A program made the position numbers and the translations under genes. Under the pieces are notes generated by a model. That model worked only from the letters and a program-made list of their open reading frames with translations, did not search any database and was not told where the DNA came from. A stretch of 64,000 nt of DNA from Longimicrobiales bacterium (GTDB lineage: Bacteria > Gemmatimonadota > Gemmatimonadetes > Longimicrobiales > Gaopeijiaceae): NCBI GenBank assembly GCA_965238005.1, contig OZ250165.1, forward strand, positions 1,696,001-1,760,000. The letters run 5' to 3'. Shown piece by piece: positions 10,176 through 20,007 of this stretch (position 1 is its first letter; every line of letters starts with the position of its first letter).

Positions 10176-11114
10176 CTATTTCTCGAAGGCTCTCACGTAG
10201 AGCTTGCCCTGTCTGCGCGTGATGCGGACCAGGTCCTTCTGCCTCTTGTAGAGCGGTCCGAGCGGGCCCGTGAATCGGGCCGAGCTACCGACTGCTCCCC
10301 ACGCACCGGGAAAGTCCCGCCAGGGTTCCTTCACGATGAGACGCATGTCGGACTTCCAAGTGCGCCACTCGTAGGTGTACTTGCCCGGGTTGCCGACGCT
10401 GGGATGCGTGGGGTGGGCGTTCTTGTTGACGAAGACGATGCGATGTCCATTCTCGAACTGCTCGAGGCTGGTGAACCGAAGGACATTGCCCGTGTTGTGC
10501 TGGGCGAAGTAGACGTGGCTCGGAGGCTTCTTCTTCTTAAGGGCGTTGCTGCTCACGATGAACGAGAGATGCTCCCAGTCCCCCTGGTGCGTGTGGATGC
10601 CCCACCACTCGTTCAGCTCGTAGAAGAACCAGTAGAGAACCCGGTAGGAGTCGGCGGCCGGGTTGTATTGCGCGTCCAAGAAGACCGGCGCGGACACCTC
10701 GCTGCCCACGGGTGGTGGCCCGCTCGTGTCCTTGGGCAGTCTCTCGTCCCTCTGAAGAAAGAGCCCGGTCGGTGTCGTGCGGCCCGGCGTGGCGTGGATA
10801 CTGCGACCGTCGAAAGGACGAATGTTGCGGCTCATCCAGGGCTGCAACGTCCACGGTCCGGGCAGACGGTCGAGAGATTCATCGCTGATCACGTCCCAAT
10901 CGACCGCGAAGTAGGGGTCCGTCTCGTCCTTCGACTGGACCCACTCGTCACGGTCCCTGTTCCAGCCCCGGTCCTTCTTCAGATAGAGGGACTCACGAAA
11001 GCGCGACGCCTTTCTGAACTCCTCGGGATCGGACGGAAAGTGGACCTCACTGCGGTCGAACCGGACCAGCGGTGCATACCGTGTGGCCCAGTCGACGATA
11101 TTTCCTTCGGTCAC
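10176..11114 (-). CDS. Vps62/NPP1-like domain protein
   Basis: YAPLVRFDRSE, YWFFY, HQGDWEH, YFAQH and GPLGP motifs. Confidence 0.65.
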   Translation of the reverse strand: MTEGNIVDWATRYAPLVRFDRSEVHFPSDPEEFRKASRFRESLYLKKDRGWNRDRDEWVQSKDETDPYFAVDWDVISDESLDRLPGPWTLQPWMSRNIRPFDGRSIHATPGRTTPTGLFLQRDERLPKDTSGPPPVGSEVSAPVFLDAQYNPAADSYRVLYWFFYELNEWWGIHTHQGDWEHLSFIVSSNALKKKKPPSHVYFAQHNTGNVLRFTSLEQFENGHRIVFVNKNAHPTHPSVGNPGKYTYEWRTWKSDMRLIVKEPWRDFPGAWGAVGSSARFTGPLGPLYKRQKDLVRITRRQGKLYVRAFEK

Positions 11115-11163
11115 CCGGGACCGGGGAAGAGCCCCTGAAACGACTCTTGCACGTCGGGCTCCG

Positions 11164-12348
11164 CTAGTCGCTTGACCCCGCCTCCATCACGGACGCCGGG
11201 AAGATCTCCTTGAACGCCTTCATGAAGCGCCCCATGTCCTCCTCGTTGCCCACCGAAACGCGCAGGTGCTCCAGCATGGGCGGGAAGGGGCGGCCGACGA
11301 GGACGCCTTTCTTTCTGAACTCGTCCCGAACTGCCTGGACCGGGCGGCCGATGTGGACCATGAAGAAGTTCGTCTCCGACGGGATCACGCTGTGACCCAT
11401 GGCTTCGAGTTGTGCCGCGGTCTTCTCTCGCAGCTCGCGATTGACCTTCCGGACCCAAGCCTCCCGCTCCCTGTCCTTGAGACACGCGACCGCACCCCAT
11501 TCGGTGGCGACGCTTGTGCTGCCGGTCATGTAGGGGCGCATCCGGCGAAGCATCTCCGGTGACGCGATGGCGTATCCCAGGCGTACGCCGGCCATACCGT
11601 AGATCTTCGAGAACGTGCGCGTGATGATGACCGGGCGCCCCTCGAGAACGTGAGGGATGGAGGTGGCGTATTCCGGGTCCTCCACGAAGTGGTGATATGC
11701 CTCGTCGATGAGCACGGGCACGTCCTCCGGGATCCCGTCGAGCAATTCCTGAACCTCGGACTTGCTGACGGTGCGACCCGTGGGGTTGTTCGGGTTGCAG
11801 AGGTACACCAATCCCACATCCCGGTAGTTCGCCCTGGTGGCCTCGATGATCGAGGGAATGTGCTGACGGTAGTCGTCGAGCAGCGGCACCTTGATGATGT
11901 CCACCTTTAGACCACTGGCGTGGCGGTAGAATGAGTCATACGAAGGATCGACGCCTATCAACTTCTTGTCCGGCAACAAGAAGGTCAGGCCCGCGACCTT
12001 CAGCGCCTCCCCGGAACCCGCTGTGGTGAGGATGTTCTCCGGCTCTACGCCGTCGCGCTCGGCGATGGCCGCACTGAGGTCTTCCCCGGGATCGCCGTAG
12101 GTGTGGGCGTACTTGAAGGCACGCGTCATGGCCTCGATCACCGGCTCCGACGGGCCATACGGGTTCTCGTTGCTGCTGAGGCGAACGAACGAGTCGAAAT
12201 CGAATTCTTGGGCATCGAGGGGAGGTGAGTTCCAATCCCCGAGTCCCTGGGCCCATAGGTCGGCGCCCGGCTTGATGCTGAGGTAGCCCAAGGCGGCGGC
12301 GGCTCCACCCACGAAACCACGGCGCGAAACTCTGTTCTTCATGATCAT
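11164..12348 (-). CDS. Tat-exported class I/II PLP aminotransferase (HisC-like)
   Basis: SRRGFVG twin-arginine signal, LSSNENPYG, CNPNNPTG, DEAY, RTFSKIYGMAGVRLGY; GGAGG upstream of 12348. Confidence 0.88.
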   Translation of the reverse strand: MIMKNRVSRRGFVGGAAAALGYLSIKPGADLWAQGLGDWNSPPLDAQEFDFDSFVRLSSNENPYGPSEPVIEAMTRAFKYAHTYGDPGEDLSAAIAERDGVEPENILTTAGSGEALKVAGLTFLLPDKKLIGVDPSYDSFYRHASGLKVDIIKVPLLDDYRQHIPSIIEATRANYRDVGLVYLCNPNNPTGRTVSKSEVQELLDGIPEDVPVLIDEAYHHFVEDPEYATSIPHVLEGRPVIITRTFSKIYGMAGVRLGYAIASPEMLRRMRPYMTGSTSVATEWGAVACLKDREREAWVRKVNRELREKTAAQLEAMGHSVIPSETNFFMVHIGRPVQAVRDEFRKKGVLVGRPFPPMLEHLRVSVGNEEDMGRFMKAFKEIFPASVMEAGSSD

Positions 12349-12453
12349 GAGGACCTCCGTTAGCCAACGTCCGCACAGTCCGGTGGGTGTCGGACGGAAC
12401 ACCCGACTTCGCAGTCTTGGCCACGGACCGGGAGTGCGCAAGCCTGCGGGGAG

Positions 12454-12506
12454 GAGGTGTGGGGTGAGCTGGCAGGGACTGAGGTGTGGGGTGAGCTGGC
12501 AGGGAC
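12454..12506 (+). repeat. 27-bp tandem duplication in a divergent intergenic region
   Basis: GAGGTGTGGGGTGAGCTGGCAGGGAC present twice. Confidence 0.85.
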
Positions 12507-12663
12507 GAGGCTCGAGGCGGTCCCCCAGGGCTATGTTTCTTTCTGGTTCGCTTGGGCCACGTTCGTACCGGGCACGGAGATCTGGGCAGGCTGAGCTGAC
12601 CCACTCGCGTCCCCAGGACGCGCTTCTCGCACGCAACTTCCTGACGTCATATCTTTGGACCCC

Positions 12664-13572
12664 ATGCGCACCGTGCTCTTCCTCGTGCTGGCCGCGTTCG
12701 GCGTCACCTACACGGTGCGATGGGTGCAGAGCGCCCGGGACAGAGATCACGCCGGGGCCGGAAGCCACGCGGGCGGGGGGGGCGGCGGCCTAACTTCGCC
12801 TCTCCTGGCCAGCATCGGCTTCGTCACCAACTTCTTCGACACGCTGGGCATCGGCTCGTTCGCGCCGACGACCTCCTGGTACAAGCTTCAGAAGCTGGTC
12901 CCCGACGAGCGCATTCCGGGGACCATGCACGTCGGTCATACCCTTCCTGTCATCGTGCAGGCGTTCATCTTCATCGCCATCATCGAAGTCGACATGGCCA
13001 CGTTGACCACCCTCATCGGAGCCTCGGTGCTGGGGGCTTGGCTGGGAGCGGGCGTGGTGGCCCGCTGGCCCCGCCGACGTATTCAGATCGGTATGGGCAT
13101 CGCCCTGTTGCTGGCGGGAGCGACCTTCGTCATGGCCAACCTGGGATTGGCGCCTGTGGGTGGCGAGTCCATCGGCCTGGCGGGCGTGGTCCTCGTCTTG
13201 GGCGTCGTCGGCAACTTCATCCTCGGTGCGCTCATGACCCTGGGCATCGGCATGTACGCCCCATCGATGATCATGATCAGCTTGCTCGGGATGAACCCGG
13301 TGGTGGCGTTCCCGATCATGATGGGATCATCGGCGTTTCTCATGCCGGTGGCGTCCGTCCGTTTCCTGAAGGCCAACGCCTACAAGCATCGCCCGGCCCT
13401 GGGTCTCGCTCTGGGTGGAGTGCCTGCGGTTCTCATCGCCGCCTTCATCGTGAGGTCGCTTCCGCTGACCACCATGCGTTGGCTGGTGGTGATCGTCGTG
13501 ACGTACGCCGCGTTGGCCATGTTACGGTCCGCCTGGGTGGAGCGCCTGGTTCCGGTACCCGAGGCCACCTGA
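12664..13572 (+). CDS. TauE/SafE (TSUP) family membrane transporter
   Basis: Multi-TM protein with FFDTLGIGSFAPTT and LMTLGIGMYAP motifs. Confidence 0.8.
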   Translation: MRTVLFLVLAAFGVTYTVRWVQSARDRDHAGAGSHAGGGGGGLTSPLLASIGFVTNFFDTLGIGSFAPTTSWYKLQKLVPDERIPGTMHVGHTLPVIVQAFIFIAIIEVDMATLTTLIGASVLGAWLGAGVVARWPRRRIQIGMGIALLLAGATFVMANLGLAPVGGESIGLAGVVLVLGVVGNFILGALMTLGIGMYAPSMIMISLLGMNPVVAFPIMMGSSAFLMPVASVRFLKANAYKHRPALGLALGGVPAVLIAAFIVRSLPLTTMRWLVVIVVTYAALAMLRSAWVERLVPVPEAT

Positions 13573-13578
13573 GGGACG

Positions 13579-14088
13579 GTGACGGAGCCCGGCGCAGTGA
13601 CCGTATCGGTCACTCATCATCCCATCGACGACGCCCGCCCGCCGGCCCCTATCCACCTGACGGCCCGTGGCTGTGATCCCAACACACGCACGCACGTGAT
13701 GGTGGGCATGGGCGGCGAAGCCGAAGTCAGCGTGGACTGGGAGCAAATGGAGTTTGTGGCGGAGCGGTTCGATCACCTCCTGACCTCGGAGGGCACGCTC
13801 TTCCTGGCGGCGGGCACCCTGTGCGCAGCCGTGGCGCTGGAAGCGCGGGCAGTCCGGCACGAGTCGGAAGAGCTGCTCGTTTGGCGGCTGGAGCGTCGAG
13901 GGCCCTACGTGCTGCTCCTCGGCGAGGTGGGCTGCTCTCTCTTCACCCCGGAGGGCCTCCACATAGACTCGGTTCCGGTGGACCCTCCGTACGAGATGCA
14001 GGACTCCGACGAAGGCATCGTGTTCGAGTCGCCGGTGGAGGGGACGCAGGTGCTCAGATACCCGAGGCCCTTGGGCGAGGCCGAATAG
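13579..14088 (+). CDS. Hypothetical protein
   Basis: 169 aa ORF directly after the TSUP gene with an SD-like GAGGG. Confidence 0.6.
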   Translation: MTEPGAVTVSVTHHPIDDARPPAPIHLTARGCDPNTRTHVMVGMGGEAEVSVDWEQMEFVAERFDHLLTSEGTLFLAAGTLCAAVALEARAVRHESEELLVWRLERRGPYVLLLGEVGCSLFTPEGLHIDSVPVDPPYEMQDSDEGIVFESPVEGTQVLRYPRPLGEAE

Positions 14089-14104
14089 CACTGGCTCTCC
14101 TGTC

Positions 14105-14351
14105 GCACCGTGCCCTCGACTGGCCGAGACACTTTGGTAGCGGGACGCTAGCCCCTAACTTGGAGCTTTCGCGGCGAGTCGCGGGCTGTGGTTCGAGACA
14201 AGCGGAGGTGGTCCAGTGTCTGGAGGTGGTTCGGTGACATCTCGACCACGGCCCGGACGGCGTACAGAGGCCGATCTCCTGAGGGCTAGTGTTCCGTTTC
14301 GGATGCACCGCGCCCTCGACTGGCGGAGACACTTTGGCAACGGGACAATAG
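14105..14351. repeat. Two copies of a ~65-bp MITE-like element (14105-14151 partial; 14286-14351 complete)
   Basis: Shared core GCACCG.GCCCTCGACTGGC.GAGACACTTTGG; complete copy has TGTTCCGTT/AACGGGACA inverted termini beside CTAG-like sites. Confidence 0.6.
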
Positions 14352-14353
14352 GG

Positions 14354-15676
14354 ATGAAAATCGTATCGAAGTCGAAGCTCGCTCTCTACCTGGCGGGATT
14401 GCTGCTCCTTACGGCGTCCACGACGACGGCGCAGGTGACGGCCATTCGGGCGGGGCGTCTCGTCGACCCCGAAGCGGGTACGATCGCTGCCAATCAGATC
14501 ATCCTGGTGGAGGGAGGGACCTTCCAGGCCATCGGTGCGGACGTGCCGATCCCCTCGGGCGCAGAGGTCATCGATCTGTCGGAGCTCACGGTTCTACCAG
14601 GCCTCGTGGACGCCCACAATCACTTGGCGCTGACCTATAAGGAAGAGCCCGAGAGCAACATCTACTACCTGACGTACGTCATGGAGAGCACAGCTCTCAG
14701 GGCCATCCAGGCGGCCTCGAACGGCATGCAGATGCTGTCGTCGGGCTTCACCATTGTCCGGGACATGGGCAACAGCGGGAACTACACCGACACCGCGCTT
14801 CGCATGGCCATCGAGCAGGGGTGGATTCCGGGACCCGTGATCATCAATTCGGGCATCATCATCGGCGGTATGGGTGGACAGTTCTCGCCCACGCCCGAAA
14901 TGGCCATGGACAAGAACATCGTCTATCCCGAGTACCTCGACGCCGACACACGGGACGAGATCATCAAGGCGGTCCGCCAGAACGCCCTCTTCGGCGCCAC
15001 CGTCATCAAGATCTGCGTGGACTGCCAGCCGTGGGGGTATTCGGTGGACGACATCCGGCTCTTCATCAGTGAGGCGGCGCAGATCGGGCTCAAAGTGGAG
15101 GGTCACGTGCAGTCGGAGCGGGGAGCGGCCCGGGCCATCGAAGCCGGCATCTGGTCCATCGCTCACGACTCGGGGCTGACCGACGAGCTGCACAAGCGCA
15201 TGGCCGAGAAGGGGATCTTCCGTGCCGGCACCGAAACACCCATCACGCTGGTGGGCCACACGACGGAGCGGCGCTACGAGCGGACGCTGGCCGGGCTCAG
15301 GAATGCCTACGAGAACGGCGTGCCCCTCACCTACTCCACCGATGCGGACTACTACATTCCCGGGATGACCCGGGGCGAGGTGGCCATCGAGTTCATCCGG
15401 ACGTGGCACGATGCCGGCATCCCCGACGTCGACATCCTCCGGGCCATGACCGTGAACGGCTACAAGGTCAGTGAGACCGAGAACGAGCGGGGCCCCATCA
15501 GGACCGGTCTGGTGGCGGACCTGATCGCGGTGTCGGGCAACCCCCTGGAAGACATCGACGCGCTACGTGACGTCCGGTTCGTGATGAAGGACGGCGTCGT
15601 GTTCAAGCAAAACGGGATCATGACGCCCGAGAAGTTCTTCCACGGCGGGCCCGTGAACGGCTGGAATATCCGGTAG
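14354..15676 (+). CDS. Secreted metal-dependent amidohydrolase
   Basis: Signal peptide, LPGLVDAHNH, GFTIVRDMG, ADLIAVSGNPLED. Confidence 0.9.
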   Translation: MKIVSKSKLALYLAGLLLLTASTTTAQVTAIRAGRLVDPEAGTIAANQIILVEGGTFQAIGADVPIPSGAEVIDLSELTVLPGLVDAHNHLALTYKEEPESNIYYLTYVMESTALRAIQAASNGMQMLSSGFTIVRDMGNSGNYTDTALRMAIEQGWIPGPVIINSGIIIGGMGGQFSPTPEMAMDKNIVYPEYLDADTRDEIIKAVRQNALFGATVIKICVDCQPWGYSVDDIRLFISEAAQIGLKVEGHVQSERGAARAIEAGIWSIAHDSGLTDELHKRMAEKGIFRAGTETPITLVGHTTERRYERTLAGLRNAYENGVPLTYSTDADYYIPGMTRGEVAIEFIRTWHDAGIPDVDILRAMTVNGYKVSETENERGPIRTGLVADLIAVSGNPLEDIDALRDVRFVMKDGVVFKQNGIMTPEKFFHGGPVNGWNIR

Positions 15677-15706
15677 ACGCGAGTGTAGAGTCAATCGGAA
15701 GGCCGC

Positions 15707-16073
15707 GTGAGGGACCAACCATTGAGCCCTGAGTTCGAAGTCGCCGTTATTGGCGGTGGGCCGGCTGGCGCCGCTGCGGGACGACTCCTCGCTCAGTGGG
15801 GGCGAAAGTCCACAGTCTCGGATCTTCTGGCCCGTCACTTGGACCTGGATTCCGGTCGGGTCTTGCTCGACGGTCGCGATCTCCGGGATCTGCCCCTGGC
15901 TGACATCCGGCGACACGTGGTCACGGTGGATTAGCAGCCTTTCGTCTTCAACGCTTCCATCGCCGAGAACATCGGAGAAGGCGCCCGAGGCGAAGATCTA
16001 CGCGATCAAGGTGTTCGGACGGACCCTGTCGACATCCACCGGCGTTCTGGTACAAGCCATCGACGATCGGTAG
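15707..16073 (+). pseudogene. Fused gene scraps: FAD-binding start, ABC ATPase piece with in-frame TAG, S8 peptidase-like piece
   Basis: VAVIGGGPAG; SGRVLLDGRDL..VD*QPFVFNASIAENI; APEAKIYAIKVF. Confidence 0.55.
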
Positions 16074-16209
16074 AGCAGGGGGCCCGAATCGTGAATCTGA
16101 GTCTTGGAACGGCCAGGCCCGAGCACGAGTCGGCGACAGACATCGTAGAGCTACTGGAGGGAGAGGGTGGCTTCCGGTAGACTTGAGGCCCACCACATGC
16201 ACCTCAGCC

Positions 16210-16875
16210 ATGACCTTTCAGACACCCCCATCTCCAGAGGAAGAGCCACCCCGCCAGCTGCCCGGTGTGCCGTGGGTTGCCCTCATCGTCGTCGGCGCCC
16301 TGCTCATCGCGGCGGTTCTGTTTGTGATGTCGAGCCTTCAGAGCCCCGAGCTCCAGTGGTATCCGGTCTCGGCCGTGGAGCCAAGGGAGGTGGGGGACAG
16401 CCTCGCAGGTCCCGCGGTCTATACGGTGGACGGTAGGGCAGACCGACTCACCTACTTCGATTTCTCGAGGGGATCCGTGATCCAGGACGATCCTGATCCT
16501 CTGGGATGGGACCTGGCGTTCCGTCGATTCACGGTTCTGGTCAACGGCGGCTCGGGCCTGAGCGGGCAGGGCGGCATTCGCGACCTGGGAGAGGTGTCGT
16601 TCGACTCGGTCACCAGCGTTCCTGCAGACGGGTATGCCGTCAATGACGCCATGCCGGAGTTGGGCAACCCGGCCATGGCCCAGTGGTACGATTACAGTTG
16701 GACGAGCCACGTTCTGAAGCCCAAGCGGAAGGTCTTCGCGGTGCGCACAGCCGACGGACGCTACGGCATCTTCGAGATTCTGAGCTACTACTGTCCGGGA
16801 GCTCAAGCAGGCTGCATCACCATCCGCTACGTGTACCAAGGGGCCGGCGGCACCAGCTTCGAACGTGGACTCTAG
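16210..16875 (+). CDS. HmuY family protein
   Basis: N-terminal TM, WDLAFRRF, WYDYSW, VRTADGRY and ILSYYC motifs. Confidence 0.85.
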   Translation: MTFQTPPSPEEEPPRQLPGVPWVALIVVGALLIAAVLFVMSSLQSPELQWYPVSAVEPREVGDSLAGPAVYTVDGRADRLTYFDFSRGSVIQDDPDPLGWDLAFRRFTVLVNGGSGLSGQGGIRDLGEVSFDSVTSVPADGYAVNDAMPELGNPAMAQWYDYSWTSHVLKPKRKVFAVRTADGRYGIFEILSYYCPGAQAGCITIRYVYQGAGGTSFERGL

Positions 16876-16917
16876 TAGCCGGTGGCTGCCGGATCTGAAC
16901 CGCACTAGACTAGCCCC

Positions 16918-17889
16918 ATGAGCACGGCACTGGACCTTGAGGCCGCCCGGAAGGCCGTGGCGGGATTCATCACCCGGACGCCTCTGCTGTGGGCCCCGGA
17001 CCTCACGGCGCGGGCGGGATCGGACATATACCTGAAGCTCGAGAGCCTTCAGGTGACGGGCTCCTTCAAGATCCGTGGAGCGGCCAACCGCATGACGGCC
17101 CTGACCGAGGAGGAGCGCACTCGGGGGGTGGTTACCTGCTCGAGTGGAAATCACGGGAGAGCCGTGGCCCACGTGGCCGGCATGATGGCCATTCCGGCCA
17201 CCATTTGCGTTCCGGACTGGGTAGATCCGGTGAAGCACAGGGCCATGGAGACCGCCGGTGCTCAGGTGTTTCTCGCAGGGAAGACGTACGACGAGGCCGA
17301 GGCACGGGCCTGGGAGCTCGAGAGCGAAGAAGGGTTCACCTTCGTGCACCCGTTCGACGATGAGTGGGTGATCGCCGGGCAGGGGACGGTGGGGCTCGAG
17401 ATCCTCGAAGAAATGCCTGACCTGTCGGAGGTGCTCGTGCCTCTTGCGGGTGGTGGCCTGGCGGGCGGCATCGCTTATGCGGTAAAGGAGGCCCGTCCGC
17501 AAGCGATCATCACGGCCGTGTCCGCGGAGCGCGCGGCCGTCATGTTGGGGAGCCTCGAGGCCGGCCGGCCCATCGAGATGGAAGAGGAGGAGACCCTGGC
17601 GAGGGCTCTTTCAGGCGGGATCGGACTCCAGAACCGACACAGCTTCGAAACCGTCCGTGACTATGTCGATCGGCACGAGACGGTGTCGGAGGAGGCCATC
17701 GCGGGAGCCATGGGTTACGCCGTGCGAGAGCTCCACCTGGTCGTGGAGGGAGGGGGGGCGGTGGCACTGGCTGCTGTTCTGACGGGAGCATGGAAGCCCA
17801 TGCGCCGCGGGGCGCCCGTGGCCATCGTGGTCAGTGGGGGGAACGTCTCTGCGGAACGGATCCGCGAAGTGGCGGAAGGTGCCGGCTAA
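16918..17889 (+). CDS. PLP-dependent threonine/serine dehydratase family
   Basis: LKLESLQVTGSFKIRGA, SSGNHG, GQGTVGLE, VSGGN. Confidence 0.92.
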   Translation: MSTALDLEAARKAVAGFITRTPLLWAPDLTARAGSDIYLKLESLQVTGSFKIRGAANRMTALTEEERTRGVVTCSSGNHGRAVAHVAGMMAIPATICVPDWVDPVKHRAMETAGAQVFLAGKTYDEAEARAWELESEEGFTFVHPFDDEWVIAGQGTVGLEILEEMPDLSEVLVPLAGGGLAGGIAYAVKEARPQAIITAVSAERAAVMLGSLEAGRPIEMEEEETLARALSGGIGLQNRHSFETVRDYVDRHETVSEEAIAGAMGYAVRELHLVVEGGGAVALAAVLTGAWKPMRRGAPVAIVVSGGNVSAERIREVAEGAG

Positions 17890-17968
17890 CGACCTTTCGC
17901 CAATCCCAAGCCTCGGGGATCCGCGCCCCCCTCGAAGCTGACGGGCCTGCCCCCGGAGTCGTACTCGA

Positions 17969-18238
17969 TCATGAGGCCGTGGGCGTTTCCGATCCCGCCG
18001 ACGATCCGGAGGGAATGTCCCATTGCCGCGAGGGCGTCCCGGGCACGAGCCAAGGACGCCCGTCCTTCTTACGGATGCGGCCGCTGGGGTTGAGGAAGCG
18101 TGACCGGCGGGAGGCGGCATCGTAGACCAGGATGGTCCCGTAGCCGCCCACGCCCGACATCATGGGCTCCACCACGTTGAGGGCGGCGGCCACGGCGACG
18201 ACTGCCTCCTGGCACCCTATTTCGTTCGCACCACCCAC
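17969..18238 (-). pseudogene. Gamma-glutamyltransferase N-terminal fragment
   Basis: AVAAALNVVEPMMSGVGGYG. Confidence 0.7.
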
Positions 18239-18273
18239 ACCTGAATGTCCGAGCCGAGCGCCTCACCGCCGCT

Positions 18274-18662
18274 CTGAACAGCGCACCTGATCGTTGACAC
18301 AATGGTGCCAGCTGATGGTTAACAGATTGGGTTACGTCCTGTGTTACCGTGGGTGTCGCAAATGACGAAGAGTTCTTCGTCAAACCACCCGAGGGTAGTG
18401 GGTCCGAAGTAGACCTGCCACAGAGCGGGACCGATGGGTTCGAGCCCGATGAAGTCGTTGCCCAGAGCTGAGCTGACGTTGATCCAACGGGAGTGCCAGC
18501 GGATCCCTCCGTTCGTAGAAACCTTTCGGACCTCGAAGTGCTCGGGGTACTCGAGCGGAGGAAGGGTCTCAGGGTAGGCTTTAGAGGCAGATCGGTAGAC
18601 GGAGTCGGGAGTCGCATCGTCGAGAGCCTCGTGCGGCCGGATGTGATTGAAGATGTGGAGGA
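18274..18662 (-). mobile_element. IS481-like transposase 3' remnant truncated by IS3
   Basis: FNHIRPHEALDDATPDSVY...VRKVSTNGGIRW; near-identical remnant at 44220-44414. Confidence 0.7.
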
Positions 18663-18720
18663 TGGAGTTGACCCGCTTTGGTGGACACCTCAGTAGTGAG
18701 GGAGACAGGAGGAGTCCACG

Positions 18721-19035
18721 ATGCCAAGAACACATGCGCCGTACCCGCCGGAGTTTCGGCGGCAGATGGTCGAGTTGGTCAGGTCGGGCCGCTCCGTGGA
18801 GGAGCTGGCCCGGGAGTTCGAGCCCTCAAACGGGGCGATACGGAACTGGGTCAAACAAGCTGACTTGGATGAAGGCCGTCGCAGTGACGGGCTGACGACG
18901 GAGGAGCGTGGGGAACTCAGGCAGCTTCGGCGTGACAACAAGCGTCTGCGCATGGAGCAGGAGATTCTAAAAAAAGCCGCCGCCTGGTTTGCTCGGGAGA
19001 GCAACTCGATCCCGGAACGGGGTTCGAGTTCATGA
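18721..19035 (+). CDS. IS3 transposase OrfA
   Basis: YPPEFRRQMVEL HTH, EILKKAAAWF. Confidence 0.92.
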   Translation: MPRTHAPYPPEFRRQMVELVRSGRSVEELAREFEPSNGAIRNWVKQADLDEGRRSDGLTTEERGELRQLRRDNKRLRMEQEILKKAAAWFARESNSIPERGSSS

Positions 19036-19883
19036 AGACGAATCAGGCCGACTTCCCTGTGCGGGCGATGTGCCGTGTGCTGGATCTCTCCCCCAGCGGC
19101 TACTACGCCTGGTTGGATCGCGAGCCTTCGGCTCGGGCGAAGCGAGATGAGGAGCTCACAGAGCGGATCGAGACGGTCTGGCGCGAGAACCGAAGGGTCT
19201 ATGGCCGGCCCCGCATCTACGCGGACCTCAAGGAAGCTGGCGAGCGGGTCGGTGAGAAGCGGGTGGGCCGGCTCATGAAGCAGGCCGAGATTGTGGGAGC
19301 TAGCCGGAGGCGGCGCGGCCCGAAGACGACCAGGCGCAACGAGGACGCCCGTCCCGCGCCGGATCTCATCGAGCGGGACTTCAGCGCAGACGGGCCAGAC
19401 CAGTTGTGGGTGGCCGACATCACCTACATCCCGACCTGGGCGGGGTTCTTGTACCTCGCGGTTGTGCTCGACGTCTGGAGCAGGCGGGTGGTCGGGTGGT
19501 CGATGGCTACGCACCTGCGCACCGAGCTCGTCCTGGACGCGCTGAACATGGCGACCTGGCAGCGCCGGCCCGAATGCGTCATCCATCACAGTGATCAGGG
19601 AACCCAGTACACCTCGATCGCCTTCGGCCTACGCTGCAACGATGTCGGTGTGCGGCCCTCGATGGGCTCCGTGGGCGACGCCTACGACAACGCGATGTGC
19701 GAGAGCTTCTTCGCGACGCTCGAGTGCGAGCTACTCGACCGGCAGCGCTTCCGGACCCAGGCCGAGGCGAAGATGGCCGTGTTCGACTTCATCGAGGGCT
19801 TCTACAACCCCCGGAGGCGACACTCGGCACTGGGTCAGCTGTCGCCCATCAACTTCGAGCGTCGCCACGGAGCGGCAGCATGA
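19032..19883 (+). CDS. IS3 transposase OrfB (DDE)
   Basis: WVADITY, HSDQGTQY, ESFFATLECE. Confidence 0.92.
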   Translation: MKTNQADFPVRAMCRVLDLSPSGYYAWLDREPSARAKRDEELTERIETVWRENRRVYGRPRIYADLKEAGERVGEKRVGRLMKQAEIVGASRRRRGPKTTRRNEDARPAPDLIERDFSADGPDQLWVADITYIPTWAGFLYLAVVLDVWSRRVVGWSMATHLRTELVLDALNMATWQRRPECVIHHSDQGTQYTSIAFGLRCNDVGVRPSMGSVGDAYDNAMCESFFATLECELLDRQRFRTQAEAKMAVFDFIEGFYNPRRRHSALGQLSPINFERRHGAAA

Positions 19884-20007
19884 GAAACCTGCGTGGCCAA
19901 GTTGCCCTTTACTCCCCCGCTGCGCGGGGGAAGCTTTCCTCTCCCCAGCGAGGGGGACAGACTATAAACCTCAGTGTTCACCCGTCCACTGAAACGGGAC
20001 AGCTCCA

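Larger units (their letters stand above)
18663..20007 (+). mobile_element. IS3-family insertion sequence
   Basis: TG...CA ends (TGGAGTTGACCCGCTTTGGTGGAC / GTCCACTGAAACGGGACAGCTCCA), orfA and orfB, A7G slippery site at 18969-18976. Confidence 0.92.

Noticed and set aside
11164..12768. 534-aa extended aminotransferase
   Set aside because: The extension crosses intergenic repeats and the divergent gene; the Tat signal and SD place the start at 12348 or 12342
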